Of a stretch of DNA of 64,000 bases, positions 52,137-64,000 are shown piece after piece. How positions within the stretch are numbered: position 1 is the first letter of the stretch; each line of letters begins with the position of its first letter. Origin of the DNA: Squalus acanthias (taxonomy: Eukaryota); assembly GCA_030390025.1 (NCBI GenBank), contig CM059432.1, forward strand, positions 43,836,001 through 43,900,000. The letters are read 5' to 3'. The position numbers were made by a program, and so were the translations under genes. A model generated the notes under the pieces. That model searched no databases. It was not told where the DNA came from and worked only from the letters and a program-made list of their open reading frames with translations.

Positions 52137-53855
52137 TTTTTTTTATTCGCTTATGGGATCTGGGCGTCGCTGGCAAGGCCAGCATTTATTGCCCATCCCT
52201 AATTGCCCTTGAGAAGGTGGTGGTGAGCCGCCTTCTTGAACCGCGACAGTCCGTGTGGTGAAAGTACTCCCACAGTGCTGTTAGGTAGGGAGTTCCAGGA
52301 TTTTGACCCAGCGACGATGAAGGATCAGTGCTATACTTCTATGTCAATATGGTGTGTGACTTGGAGGGGAACTTGGAGGTGGTGGTGTTCCCATGCGCCT
52401 GCTGCCCTTGTCCTTCTAGGTGGAAGAGGTCACGGGTTTGGGAGGTGCTGCCGAAGAAGCCTTGGCGAGTTCCTGCAGTGCATCTTGTAGATGGTACACA
52501 CTGCAGCCACGGTACGCCAGTGGAGGGAGTGAATGTTTAAGGTGGTGGATGGGGTGCCAATCAAGCGGGCTGCTTTGTCCTGGATGGTGTCGAGCTTCTT
52601 GAGTGTTGTTGCAGCTGCACTCATCCAGGCAAGTGGAGAGTATTCTATCACACTCCTTACTTGTGCCTTGTAGATGGTGGAAAGGCTTTGTGGAGTCAGG
52701 AAGTGAGACACTCATCGCAGAATACCTAGCCTCTGACCTACTCTTGATGCCACAGTATTTAAGTGGCTGGTCCAGTTAAGTTTCTGGTCAATAGTGACCC
52801 CCCAGGATGTTGATGGTGGGGGATTCGGCAATGGAATGCCATTGAATGTCATGAGGAGGTGGTTAGACTCTCGCTTGTTGGAGATAATCATTGCCTGGCA
52901 CTTCTGTGGCGTGAATGCTACCTGTCACTTATCAGCCCAAGCCTGAACATCGTCCAGGTCTTGTTGCATGCAGGCTTGGACTGCTTCATTATCTGAGGAG
53001 TTGTGAATGGCGCTGAACACTGTGCAGTCATCAGTGAACATCCCCATTTCTGACCTTATGTTAGAGGGAAGGTCATTGATGAAACAGCTGAAGATGGTTG
53101 GGCCTAGGACACTGCCCTGAGGAACTCCTGCCACGATGTCCTGGGTCTGTGATGATTGACCTACAACCACCACAACCATCTTCCTTTGTGCTAGGTATGA
53201 CTCCAGCCAGTGGAGCGTTTTCCCCCTGATTCCCATTGGTCAAATGCTGTCTTGATGTCAAGGGCAGTCACTCTCACCTCACCTCTGGAATTAAGCTCCT
53301 TTGTTCATGTTTGGACCAAGGCTGTAATGAGGTCGGGAGCCGAGTGGTCTTGGCGGAACCCAAACTGGGCATCAGTGAGCAGGTTATTAGTGAGTAAGTG
53401 CCGCTTGGTAGCACTGTCGATGACACCTTCCATCACTTTGCTGATCATTGAGAGTAGACTGATGGGGCGGTAATTGGCTGGATTGGATTTGCCCTGCTTT
53501 TTGTGGACAGGACATACCTGGGCAGTTTTCCACATTGTCAGATAGATGCCAGTTTTGTAGCTGTACTGGAACAGCTTGGCTAGAGGCGCAGCTAGTTCTG
53601 GAGCACAAGTCTTCAGCACGATAACCGGGATGTTGTCGAGGCCCATAGCCTTTGCTGTATCCAGTGCACTCAGCCATTTCTTGATATCACGTGGAGTGAA
53701 TCGAATTGGCTGAAGACTGGTTCTGTGATGGTGGGGACCTCGGGAGTAGGTCGATATAGATCATCCACTTGGCACTTCTGACTGAAGATGGTTGTAAACG
53801 CTTCAGCCTTGTCTTTTGCACTCACGTGCTGGGCTCCACCATCATTGAGGATGGA
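52137..53855 (-). mobile_element. Family-B L2/CR1-group LINE
   Basis: NYRPISLLS, QFGFR, VPQGSVLGP, FTDDCT; same 3' end as 32760-32841. Confidence 0.9.
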
Positions 53856-56646
53856 CTGTGCATGTGGTATATGATTCCAGACATAGCATCATGAACTAGC
53901 AATGTTAACAAATTTGGTTATGAGAATTTCAGTTATAAGCAACCTACTTGAAATGTTGCATCATGCCAAAAATATAAACGTGGTTAAAAGTAGCAACTTT
54001 CTTCCATCACATGGGCTGCAGGAAATGGCCTGTCTGTCCTTTAATCAGTTTGCTGTCATGCTGCCAGTGATGGGGCCACTCCAAGTCAGTGATTTTCTTC
54101 AGTTATTAGATCGATCCAGTAGCATCTCTTGGTAACTAAAGGAAGAAGCACTATCATATATCAACTGGAGAAAGTAGCCTTGTACTAATAGTGAGTGTTA
54201 GCTGTATTATCAAAGCAGCTGGTGCAAAGCTCTGCCGAAAAAGGTAAGTTTTTGAAGTGAAATCCAAATTCTGGCGGCCTGCTGTACCATCATTCACACT
54301 TTAATGATGGAACAGAGCTGCCTGACTCATCAGCTATTTTCAATTATTAAAAATTGCACTGGGGGGGAGAGACCAGTGAGCAGCACTTTGCTATTGCATT
54401 TGAGTACACTGCATGGAGCTCTGCCTTTCCCAGATTCACAGCAATGTGAGCAGAAAGTGAAAATGCGTAGTCTGCTTGAATTGTCGTGAATTGATGCTGC
54501 ATCTTTCAATGCAGTATAAAAGCGCCATTAATATAATTGTTCCAATCCTTTCTCTTTCTCGCTCCTTTCTTCTCTGTTTTGTTTCCTTTTTTTCTCTTAT
54601 CCCTTTTCTTTCTTCAGAACTTCGGGTTTCCCAAATGTTTTCTTTCTCTTGTCCTATACTTCTAATAGATAGTATTCATTTCCTCTGTGGATGCTGGGAT
54701 AGCCCTGCCGCCATACCATTCTCTTGCTCGCTAGTGACAGAAAATAAGAGAAATTCCAGGAACTACCCAGCACAAGCCATACAGGCATGAGTTCACAATC
54801 ACATGGCAGCAAGGAAGCAAATCACAATCTTAGTTGTGAGATTCTCGCTGAATGCGAGCTATGGCAGACCTATCATGGGGATGTGTGCCAATCTCCCTAT
54901 CTCGAGGAAACAAAATACTGATGATAAAAAGCACAGTGAAAAAAATGGTGTAATTGAAAGTAAGTAAATGAGAAAATAGGAGGGATGGTGAAGCGTAATA
55001 CGTTGGTGAGTCACATGTTGTACCAATAGAGTGGTGGGAGGTGAGTTCACTTTAAAAGAAAAAGAAAACGACAAGTATTTATTGACATTTAAAAAAAGGA
55101 ATGTTTGAGATGAGCCATCGCTGGATGTACCTCCTGCTGGTCTGATCCTGAGATAATGGATTCTTTACCTCTTGGCCAAGGACTGATGTGTACTCTGGAT
55201 AGACCTAAAAGAGCAAAATACATTACCAGTGGGGCAAATCAAAATGAGAGCACATATTTAAGAACTTAAAAAGAAAAGAAAACAAAACAGAAAGAAAAGA
55301 AAGAAAATCAGTAAATAAAATTGTTATTCAGATGTTGTGTGTGGACTTGACTCTGAATACTAATGAAAAGAAATCCTCCCTTTTCCATGATCACGGTCTC
55401 GGTACTTATTTATTTATTCCTTTGTTTCTAGCACTAATTTTCTAATTTACTGACCACCAATGTTTTCAGTTTTCTCTTTTAGATAAACCAGAAATTCTTG
55501 TTCAACTCAACTACTGTCAGCTATATCCTGTATTAAATTTAAAATGATTGTTCTTGCCTTCAATTCCCTCCACAGCCTTGCCCTGCCCTATCTCTGCAAC
55601 TTCCTCCAGCCGTACATTCCGCCCATACCCTTTGGTTCTCTGACAGCGAGGCCACTGAAAGTAGCGTGTCATTTACACATTGAACACGATTTGGGTTTAA
55701 AGATAAGTACTTGCAGAGTTCCTGGACAATAAAGCAGGTTTTGATCTCATGCGCAAACAGTAAAATTTGAAAATAATGCAAAGCATGAAGCTTTGGCAGT
55801 ACCTGGAATTCCACTGTTTGCTGCACTGTCGTTCTGCAATGGGCTGTGCAGCTGCACGGACACATTTCTGAAATGCTCTACATCAGAAAATCTCATCAGT
55901 AGTTGGCATTTCCATTTGAGCAAATAGTATCGACTGCAGTGCAAATTAATGAGAGAAACAATGGTAAACCCAAGAGTGGAAAAGAAGGAGGTAAAACAAG
56001 AAACTAATGACACAAATTGGGGAAAAAGAAAGAACATAAAGGAAATTAATTGGGAAATAACATAACAAATAGACAGACAATAAAGTGGCTGAATCATAGA
56101 ACCAAGAATTTGAAAGGTAGTGTGGATATGAAATGTTACAAGAGCAAAGAACACAGAACTAAAAGATAGGAATACAAAATTAAGACAACTCTAAAGAAAC
56201 TGTACATCAGGTGATTTTTTTCAGAAACCGGTCAGGTGGACAATTGAAATGATGAGAATTTTAAATCTGAGGCGCTGGGGGGTCAGCCTGGACAGGAGTG
56301 AAAAGTGAGCACATTGTGCAAGTTAGGAATCAGGCAGTCGAATTTTAGATGAGCTGCAGTTTACAGAGGATAGATAATTGGTGGCTAGCTAGGAGAGCAT
56401 TGGAATAGTCAATCCTAACATGCCAAAGGTACAAATGTGAGTTTCAGCAGCAGATGGATGAGGTAGATCAGTGGTGGGCAATGTTACGGAGGTGGAAGTA
56501 GGCAGTCTTTGTGATAGGGGGGATATGGGGTCATAGCTCAGCTTGCAGCCATTTAGGATGCTGAGGTTGTGTACAATTTAGTTCAGCCCGTACTGGCTGG
56601 GAAATCGAGTGTGGGTACAGAGTTTGTGCTGTGAGCTGAAGACAAT

Positions 56647-57205
56647 GGGGGGAATTATAACCTAACAAAATGGGTAGGTTGGGGGCATGGGGGTAGTTAA
56701 AGTGTTAAAAATGTGAATCCTGACCTGAAGCTGCCTCCAACACACCCACTTCCGGTTTTAACGGAGGCGGGACGGGAGGCAGGATGAGGGCGGGCAGCCA
56801 ACCCACTGCCAGGAGGTGGGCGGTTTATTTAAATATTAAAATGAGGCTGGAAGCCTTTTCTTTAACCTCCATTTTGTGTTTAACTGTAGCTGGTCAGGTT
56901 TTGCACGCTCCATGAAACTCGCCAGCTACAGTAAGGCGGGGGCTGCCGAATCCAGGAGGTAAGTGCCCCACATGATCGGAGACCCCACACGAGGCCTCCG
57001 ATCCTCTTTGCGAACTCCCCCCCACCTCCCCTCCCCCACCAATGATCCTCAGGCCAGCCCGTTTCCTCGCTCCCCCCCACCAATAATCCTCAGGCTGGCC
57101 CGATGCTTCCCCACCCCCCGATGCTCCGGCCCTGATCCCATCCCGTCCTGCCTCTGATAAAACTGGAAGTGGGCAGGTTGGAGGCTGGTTCAGGTTGGGA
57201 TTCAC
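56647..57205. mobile_element. Truncated Harbinger-like MITE
   Basis: aat|ggggggaatt terminus and GC-rich body similar to other MITEs; right TIR not found. Confidence 0.45.
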
Positions 57206-57207
57206 AT

Positions 57208-59196
57208 CAGAGGGGCAAAGAGATGGTATGAGAATAGAATGGCAGCTAACATAAAAGGTAATTCAAAAGTCTTCTATAGGCATATAAATAGTAAACGGGT
57301 AGGAAGAGGAGGGGTGGGGCCGATTCGGGACCAAAAAGGAGACCTGCGCATGGAGACAGAGGGTATGGCAGAGGTATAAAATGAATACTTTGCATCAGTC
57401 TTCACCAAGGAAGAAGATGCTGCCATAGACATAGTGAAGGAGGAGGTAGTGGAGATACTGAAAGGGATAAGAATTGATAAAGATGAGGTACTAGAAAGGC
57501 TGGCTGTACTTAAAGTAGGTAAGTCACCAAGACCAGATGGAATGGATCCTAGGACGCTGAGGGAAGTAAAGGAAGAAATCGCGGAGGTACTGGTCATAAT
57601 CTTCCAATCCTCCTTAGAAACGAGGGTGGTGCCAGAGGACTGGAGAATTGCAAATGTTGCACCCTTGTTCAAAAAAGGGTGTAAAGATAAACTCAGCAAA
57701 TGCAGGCCAGTCAGTTTAATCTCGGTAGTGGGGAACCTTTTAGGAACAATAATCAGGGACAAAATTAACAGTCACTTGGACAAGTGTGAATTAATTAAGG
57801 AAAGCCAGCATGGATTTGTTAAAGGCAAATCGTGTTTAACCAACTTGATCGAGTTTTTTGATGAGGTAGCAGAGAGGGTTGATGAGGGCAATGCGCTTGA
57901 TGTGGTGTACATGGATTTCCAAAAGGCGTTTGATAAAGTGCCACATAATAGGCTTGCCAGCAAAGTTGAAGCCCATGGAATAAAAGGGACAATGGCAGCA
58001 TTGGTACGAAATTGGCTAAGTGACAGGAAACAGAGAGTGGTGGTGAACGGTTGTTTTTCGGACTGGAGGAAGGTATACAGTGGTGTTCCCCAGGGGTCGG
58101 TTCTAGGAACACTGCTTTTCTTGATATACAGGAATCCCGCCCCAACCACGGTTTTGCCATACGCGGATTTCAAGTATACACGGTTTCCTCTCTGCGACAA
58201 CGTTTGCCAACCACGGCAGTGAATTTTGCGTATACGCGGTTTTTAATTTAGGATTAAGGTAAATAACATGATTTTATTGCTTTTATATTCTTTTTTATTG
58301 TGTTATTTGAACATTTATACTGTATTTGCCAACCATGGTTTTACTAACCACGGGGGTTTTCAGGGACGTATCCCCCGTGGTTGGGGAGGGATTACTGTAT
58401 ATTAATGACTTGGATGTGGTTGTACAATTTGCAGATGACACAAACCTTGGAAGTATAGTGAACAGTGAGGAGGATAGTGATAGACTTCAAGAGAACATAG
58501 ATTTTTGTTAGTTAAGGGTATGCAGGGAAAAACAAAAGCAAAATACTGCGGATGCTGGCGGAATGGGCGGATACGTGGCAGATGAAATTTAACGCAGAAA
58601 AGTGCGAAGTGATACATTTTGGTAGAAAGAATGAAGAGAGGAAATATAAACTAAAGGGTACAATTCTAAAAGGGGTGCATGAACAGAGAGACCTAGGGGT
58701 ATATGTGCACAAATCGCTGAAGGTGGCAGGGCAGGTTGAGAAAGCAGTTAAAAAAGCTTATGGGATCCTGGGCTTCATGAATAGAGGTATAGAGTACAAA
58801 AACGTGGAAATTATGATGAACCTGTATAAAACACTGGTTCGGCCTCAACTGGAGTATTGTGTCCAATTCTGGGCATCACACTTTAGGAAGGATGTGAAGG
58901 CCTTAGAGAGGGTGCAGAAAAGATTTACGAGAATGATTCCAGGGATGAGGGACTTCGGTCACGTGGATAGATTGGAGAAGCAGTCTGGCAACGCAAAGGC
59001 AACAACACTATACTCCTCCCAGAACAAGTAGGCATAAACTTCAAATTAGAGCTGGGCCATTCAGAGAAGGCCTTCTTCACACAAAGGGTAGTGGAAATCG
59101 GGAACTCTCTCCGCAACAAGCTGTTGTGGCTTTTGAGTCAATTGAAAATGTCAAAACTGAGATTGAAAGATTTTTGTTAGTTAAGGGTATGCAGGG
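57208..59196 (+). mobile_element. CR1 LINE, interrupted
   Basis: ORFs 57434-58222 and 58552-59031 with RT motifs. Confidence 0.9.
58129..58397. mobile_element. Tc1/mariner (pogo/Tigger-like) MITE, 269 bp
   Basis: 23-bp TIR cag(g/t)aatccc(g/t)ccccaaccacgg; TA TSD; inserted in the CR1 LIYINDL codons. Confidence 0.85.
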
Positions 59197-59814
59197 AAAA
59201 ACAAAAGCAAAATACTGCGGATGCTGGAAATCTGAAATAAAAACAGAAAATGCTGGAAATACTCAGCAAGTCAGGCAGCATCTGTGGAGAGAGAAACAGA
59301 GTTAACGGCTGTGATTTTATCAGCACTCAGAGGGCGGGTTTGGTGGCGGGGCAGAGGTTAAAATCTTTTAGATTGACGGCGGGTTGCGATCCCGCTGTCA
59401 ACCCGCCTCCACGCTACTTTACCAAGTGCTGGCTCTGGGAGTCCCGATCAGTCCCACCACCAAGCTTGTTAACTGCCTGGATAAGCCGATTTTAACAGGG
59501 TATTTCAATTATTGTACATGTTCAGCGTGTTCCATGCTGTTCGCAAACCACGCCAGCTGATTGTGCCGGGTTCACCAAGTGCCTGACTTCTTGACAGCTG
59601 CAGCTCCAGCATAAAAACGGAGCTCTAACATGGCTCACTCACAGATGACAGAACTTTGTTTTTTCAGGTGTTGGAACACTTTTTGCAGGTCTACTGATCT
59701 TGTAAGTGGTGAAGCTGAGATCCATCTCCACTGTGACCTCCTGGGAAAACCCTCTCCCCACATTGACTGAGTGCGTATAACTTCTAGTCCTCAACTGACA
59801 TATCTACCAGCAGC

Positions 59815-61011
59815 ATGGGAACCATTTATACCCTCTCATCCTGGTCCTCACATTTGGCAGCAGCAGAACCAGGCACAACAGCAGCAGCAACAACAGGAGC
59901 GCCAACCTCCTCCTCAGCCACCTGATGCTGCACAGGGCAGAGGGGGTCAGCACAGGGCTGCACCGCGCCACAGGAGATACCCCCAACACAGGGTTTACAG
60001 GCCAAGGATGAGCATCCTCAACATGACTGAGCAGCAGTGCCAAAGGAGGCTGAGATTTCCGCGAGAGGTAGTCGCTGACATCTGCACAATACTGCAACAA
60101 CACCTGGAGCCCAGAGGAGCGGGTGGACACCCCTTACCAGTGGCTGTCAAAGTCACCACCGCCCGCAATTTTTTTGCTTCAGGGTCCTTCCAGGGATCAT
60201 CAGCAGACATCAGCGGCATCTCCCAGTCGGCCGCACACACTTGCATCACGCAGGTTACCGATGGCCTCTTTGCAAAGGCGCACAATTACATTCACTTCTC
60301 CACGGATGAAGCAAGTATAACCGTGCATGCAGTTGGCTTTGCAAAGGTGGCAGGCTTGCCAAGGGTGCAGGGCATCGTACACATGTGGCCATTAGGGCAC
60401 CCCATCACAACCCAGCTGTATTTGTCAACCACAAGGGCTTCCGCTCCCTTAACGTCCAGCTGGTGTGTAACCACAGGAAGAACATTATGCATGTTTGCGC
60501 AAAGTACCCTGGCAGTTGCCATGACTCGTTCATTCTGTGGCAGTCTACTGTGCCTCAGCTCTTCAATCCGCCAACCCAACTTTCCGGATGGCTACTTGGA
60601 GACAAGGGCTATCCCCTGAAGACGTGGCTAATGACGCCGTTGAGGAGGCCATCAAACGAAGCAGAGGAGCACTACAATACCAGCCACATTTCCACCAGAG
60701 CCATCATCGAGCAAACCATCGGCTTGCTCAAAATGCGATTCAGATGCCTTGACAGATCAGGTGGAGCCCTACAGTACTCACCAGCCAGGGTCTCCAGAAT
60801 CATCGTGGTCTGATGTGCACTGCACAACATCGCACAGCACCATGGCTTCCAGCTGCCTGAAGAACAAGTGGCTCAGTGCATAGCCTCCTCAGATGAGGAG
60901 GAGGAGGAGGAGGAAGACCTTGCAGAGGTGGATGCGCCAGTTCCAGCAGCACGCGAGCACATTGCTGCCCATGATGCAAGGGATGCACTAATCTATGCCA
61001 GATTCGCTTAA
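59815..61011 (+). pseudogene. Harbinger transposase, nearly complete; frameshift removes the first catalytic Asp, stop near 60811
   Basis: [56 protein letters not shown]. Confidence 0.92.
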
Positions 61012-62026
61012 GTTGATGAAGTAAACACATGTGGCTGCCACCTTCTTAACACACCATACACAAAGTACAAGAACCTGTGGGTTCCTATCACTCTCACCAC
61101 CATCATTACTGATGAAAGGCACCCTGGCACCTCACTGTGACACTTCCATTTCTGGGCACACATAAGCCAACTCCTTGAATGTTTGCCATCCCATTTCTTT
61201 ATTGCAATTGAAATGGCGATGATTATATTAAATATGTAGAAACATAGAAAAATAGGAGCCTGCTCCGCCATTCAATATGATCATGGCTGATCCTCTATCT
61301 CAATACCATATTCCCGCTCTCTCCCCATACCCCTTGATATATTACATCAAAACACCTAAGTGACTACCCTTGTGACTATAGGTGCTTAATCTTTCTCTTA
61401 CGAGTGCTTCTACGTGGTGCTTCCCCTGTGGCTTCAGCAGATGTGGAGGCACCTTGCTCACTTTCATGCTGCTCCTGCTTCAACACCTTTGGCAGGCATC
61501 CTTTGGGTTTGCGAGCCTGGGAGGGCTCCTCCTACGGCTGTGCAGGGGCTGAGACAGCCATCTCAGTTGGGTGAGGACTCTGGTGGGGCTCTGACCGAGG
61601 GCTCCGCACTGGCATGGGAGTGTGAGTGCTTGGAGAGGAGCCCCCACTTCCTTGTTGGCTGCCACCAAACATCCCTCTCATGGGTCAGCCGCACTTCAGT
61701 TCTAGCAAGTGGCTGGGCATCACCTTGCTGCACATCAGGTGGACCATGAGGACCCATATCTGCACTGGCAGTCCTCCTCAAAAGGATGTCCATGAAGCTC
61801 TGGTCTCTCTGCTCAATAGTTTCCCATCGCTCCTCCAGAGATGTCATTCTATTCTGAACATTCACCATGTTTTCCTGACTCTGGCGACTTATTTCCTCCA
61901 TGACCATAGCCATCCTTTCCACTGAGGTAGCCATCCTTTCCATGGTGGTGCGTTCATGCGCCATTGCCTCCACAAAGTCACTGCTCAAGATAGAGATGGA
62001 CTCCTCCATCCTCGCCACACTCGCAG

Positions 62027-63436
62027 TTACCCTGGATGCAATGAAAGGATAATTACAAGTCCTAGCCCTTCTCGGGCTACCCAGATCAGGCGTATTCCCC
62101 AGACGTTCACCTTCAACTAAAGTTAGCGGTAGCCGAATCCTATAAGATGCTTAATTGGGTCTAAAGGTCCGACTATCTCTCCCTAAAGGAAAGGAACAGC
62201 CTGAAGATGTTACCGTCCTCCAGATAGCACTTTTAATAAGTTTAACTAGACTGTAACCTTCCGGATATTATGAGGGTCTGGAAAACCCCCCAGAATTCTG
62301 CAACTCCTTACAAAAGAGTGTACAGAAATTGAGTTCACGAGATTGATACAGAAATACTCTGTGAGACAATTTTAAAATATATAGATTTATTAAAGAACCG
62401 ACATGTAGTTAACAGCTGTTTATTTCAATCGCAACTTTAACAGTCCTAAATACAAATAGCTTACATTTCTTATCAGAGATCCTTACTCTCAAATCTTAAC
62501 TTTGTTACATTTCCACACTTCTACTTATTTCTTAATCCAGAATATCCACCAAAATCAAATACCTTGATTACCCGAGACTCAGAGTTGTAGGCCTACAGAG
62601 TGGTTCTGAAGGCGAGAATCGGTTGCCTTTCCAGTGACTTCTGACTTTCTGTCTGAAAAGCTCTATTTTTATAACTTTTTTAGTGGTTTATCCTTTGAAG
62701 TTTTCTGCTGATGTAAGCTAATTATCTCTAGCCATACCTCTGTTGACTTCTTTCTTTCTTACTGTTAATTCAGCTGTTAGCTTTCAGAATTCTGTCTCTG
62801 TATAGGTGTTTCAAAAACTTATATACAATAGTTATTACAGATTTATCTCTTTGATGCCATTCTTTCGAAGGTCTTCAATTCAATTCTTAATATTGGCTTA
62901 ACTGCTTGTATTTCAGACTTCTCGTCTCCTTGTGTTCCAAGTTCAACACATAAACAATGTGATTGCTTTGTCCATCAATTGATGTAATATTTACAAAGTC
63001 TCCTGTTTGTACCTTTTACAATTTGTAAATCAAAAACACTTCATCTAGGATGTTCTTTGCATTTCTTAGCTACTTCAATTGGTTGTATATATAATCTTCT
63101 TTCCTGTTTCATTTAATGTTACTTTTACAAAGGCACATGATTTTTTAATGTTCTGTTTTTCTGTTCGATGTGTTAGTTTTTAACACTTTACTTGGGCATT
63201 GCTATTGTGTTGGTTCCAAACTACAGACTCCTTGGAACCAACTATTTGCTTCTTCAATAGGCCATTGTGTCAGTGTCAATAACCAATCTTTATCTCAAAA
63301 GCCTGTATGGTGTTTATAGCTTTGTGACGTTGAGGCTTTTAGATTTTTAAACCCAGTTTGTCATGTTTTAATAAAATCAGAATTCTGTTCATAGGATGGT
63401 GTATTTTTCCGAATAGGTTTGGCTCATTCCTTTACA
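62027..63436 (-). mobile_element. Candidate ~1.4-kb solo LTR
   Basis: Minus strand begins TGTAAA and ends GGTAAC(t); TATAAAA ~62667-62673 precedes AATAAA ~62386-62391; splits the Myb exon. Confidence 0.45.
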
Positions 63437-63669
63437 TCAAAACCTGCCAGAGCCTCCTGCAATTGTTCCTGGAGTTCCAGCACCGCTCTATTTCTGGATG
63501 GCCCCAGAGGCACAGGGTCTACATGAAGCTGAGCAGAGCTAGGAGCGCCCTGTGGCCTCCGACGAGGACTCTCCACTGCTGTCCCTGTCTCCACCATCTG
63601 CTGATGCTCACTTGTGAGCTGTGAAACACCAGGTGACAACACTACTCTATCTCGCGAAGGCCCCACCAA

Positions 63670-64000
63670 GGTGTGCGTATCTGCACTGGTGCTGGGTGCG
63701 CTTAATTCTGCTGACGCTGCACCCTCAGAGGTTAGAATTAGACATGCCTTTAGAGGAAATTGCACAGGCCCTGACCATCATTTTTCAATCCTCTCTGTCT
63801 TCAGGTGTGGTGCCAGAGGACTGGAGGACTGCTAATGTGGTACCCTTGTTTAAAAAGGGAGAAAAGGATAGACCGAGTAATTACAGGCCAGACAGCCTAA
63901 CCTCGGTGGTGGGAAAATTATTGGAAAGAATTCTGAAGGATAGGATAAATCTTCATTTAGAAAGACACGGATTAATCAAGGATAGTCAGCACGGATTTGT
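63670..64000 (+). mobile_element. CR1 LINE running off the window end
   Basis: PEDWRTANVVPLFKKG..NYRP..SQHGF. Confidence 0.9.

Larger units (their letters stand above)
59307..63670 (+). mobile_element. Harbinger element H6 (divergent family); right end not in the window
   Basis: ggctgtgatttt terminus; transposase on plus, Myb exon 3 pieces on minus at ~61360-62026 and 63437-63670. Confidence 0.85.

Noticed and set aside
19068..58200. Recurrent antisense ORFs (PSTDPCGTPLVT...)
   Set aside because: Shadow frames of the CR1 RT
59771..61011. Domesticated host HARBI1 gene
   Set aside because: Frameshifted, has a stop, lies inside a transposon and has several paralogs in the window
11727..61340. 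Dispersed ~90-bp hairpin repeat as a CRISPR array or LTRs
   Set aside because: Irregularly spaced CR1 3' UTR tails with 8-mer microsatellite ends

Overview
Eukaryotic (vertebrate) DNA made up largely of nested transposable elements, probably intronic or intergenic. The repeat families (CR1/HER1-type LINEs with [TTCTTATG]n-type tails, Deu-domain and V-SINEs, an L2/CR1-group LINE, RTE, Vingi) point to a cartilaginous fish; this is an inference. No intact host gene can be named. The main system is a PIF/Harbinger radiation: about 5 large elements carrying remnants of a DDE (HARBI1-like) transposase and/or a 3-exon Myb/SANT gene, convergent where both survive, plus about 15 non-autonomous derivatives. 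These have GG-initiated TIRs, variable 3-bp TSDs and an apparently palindromic ~15-bp target preference. Also present: an RTE LINE with a 62-bp TSD and two nested CR1s, a 60-bp locally templated insertion, a candidate ~1.4-kb solo LTR, and a weakly supported chain of phase-compatible minus-strand exons. All TE coding regions are broken or truncated. Coordinates were read by eye and may be off by a few bases.
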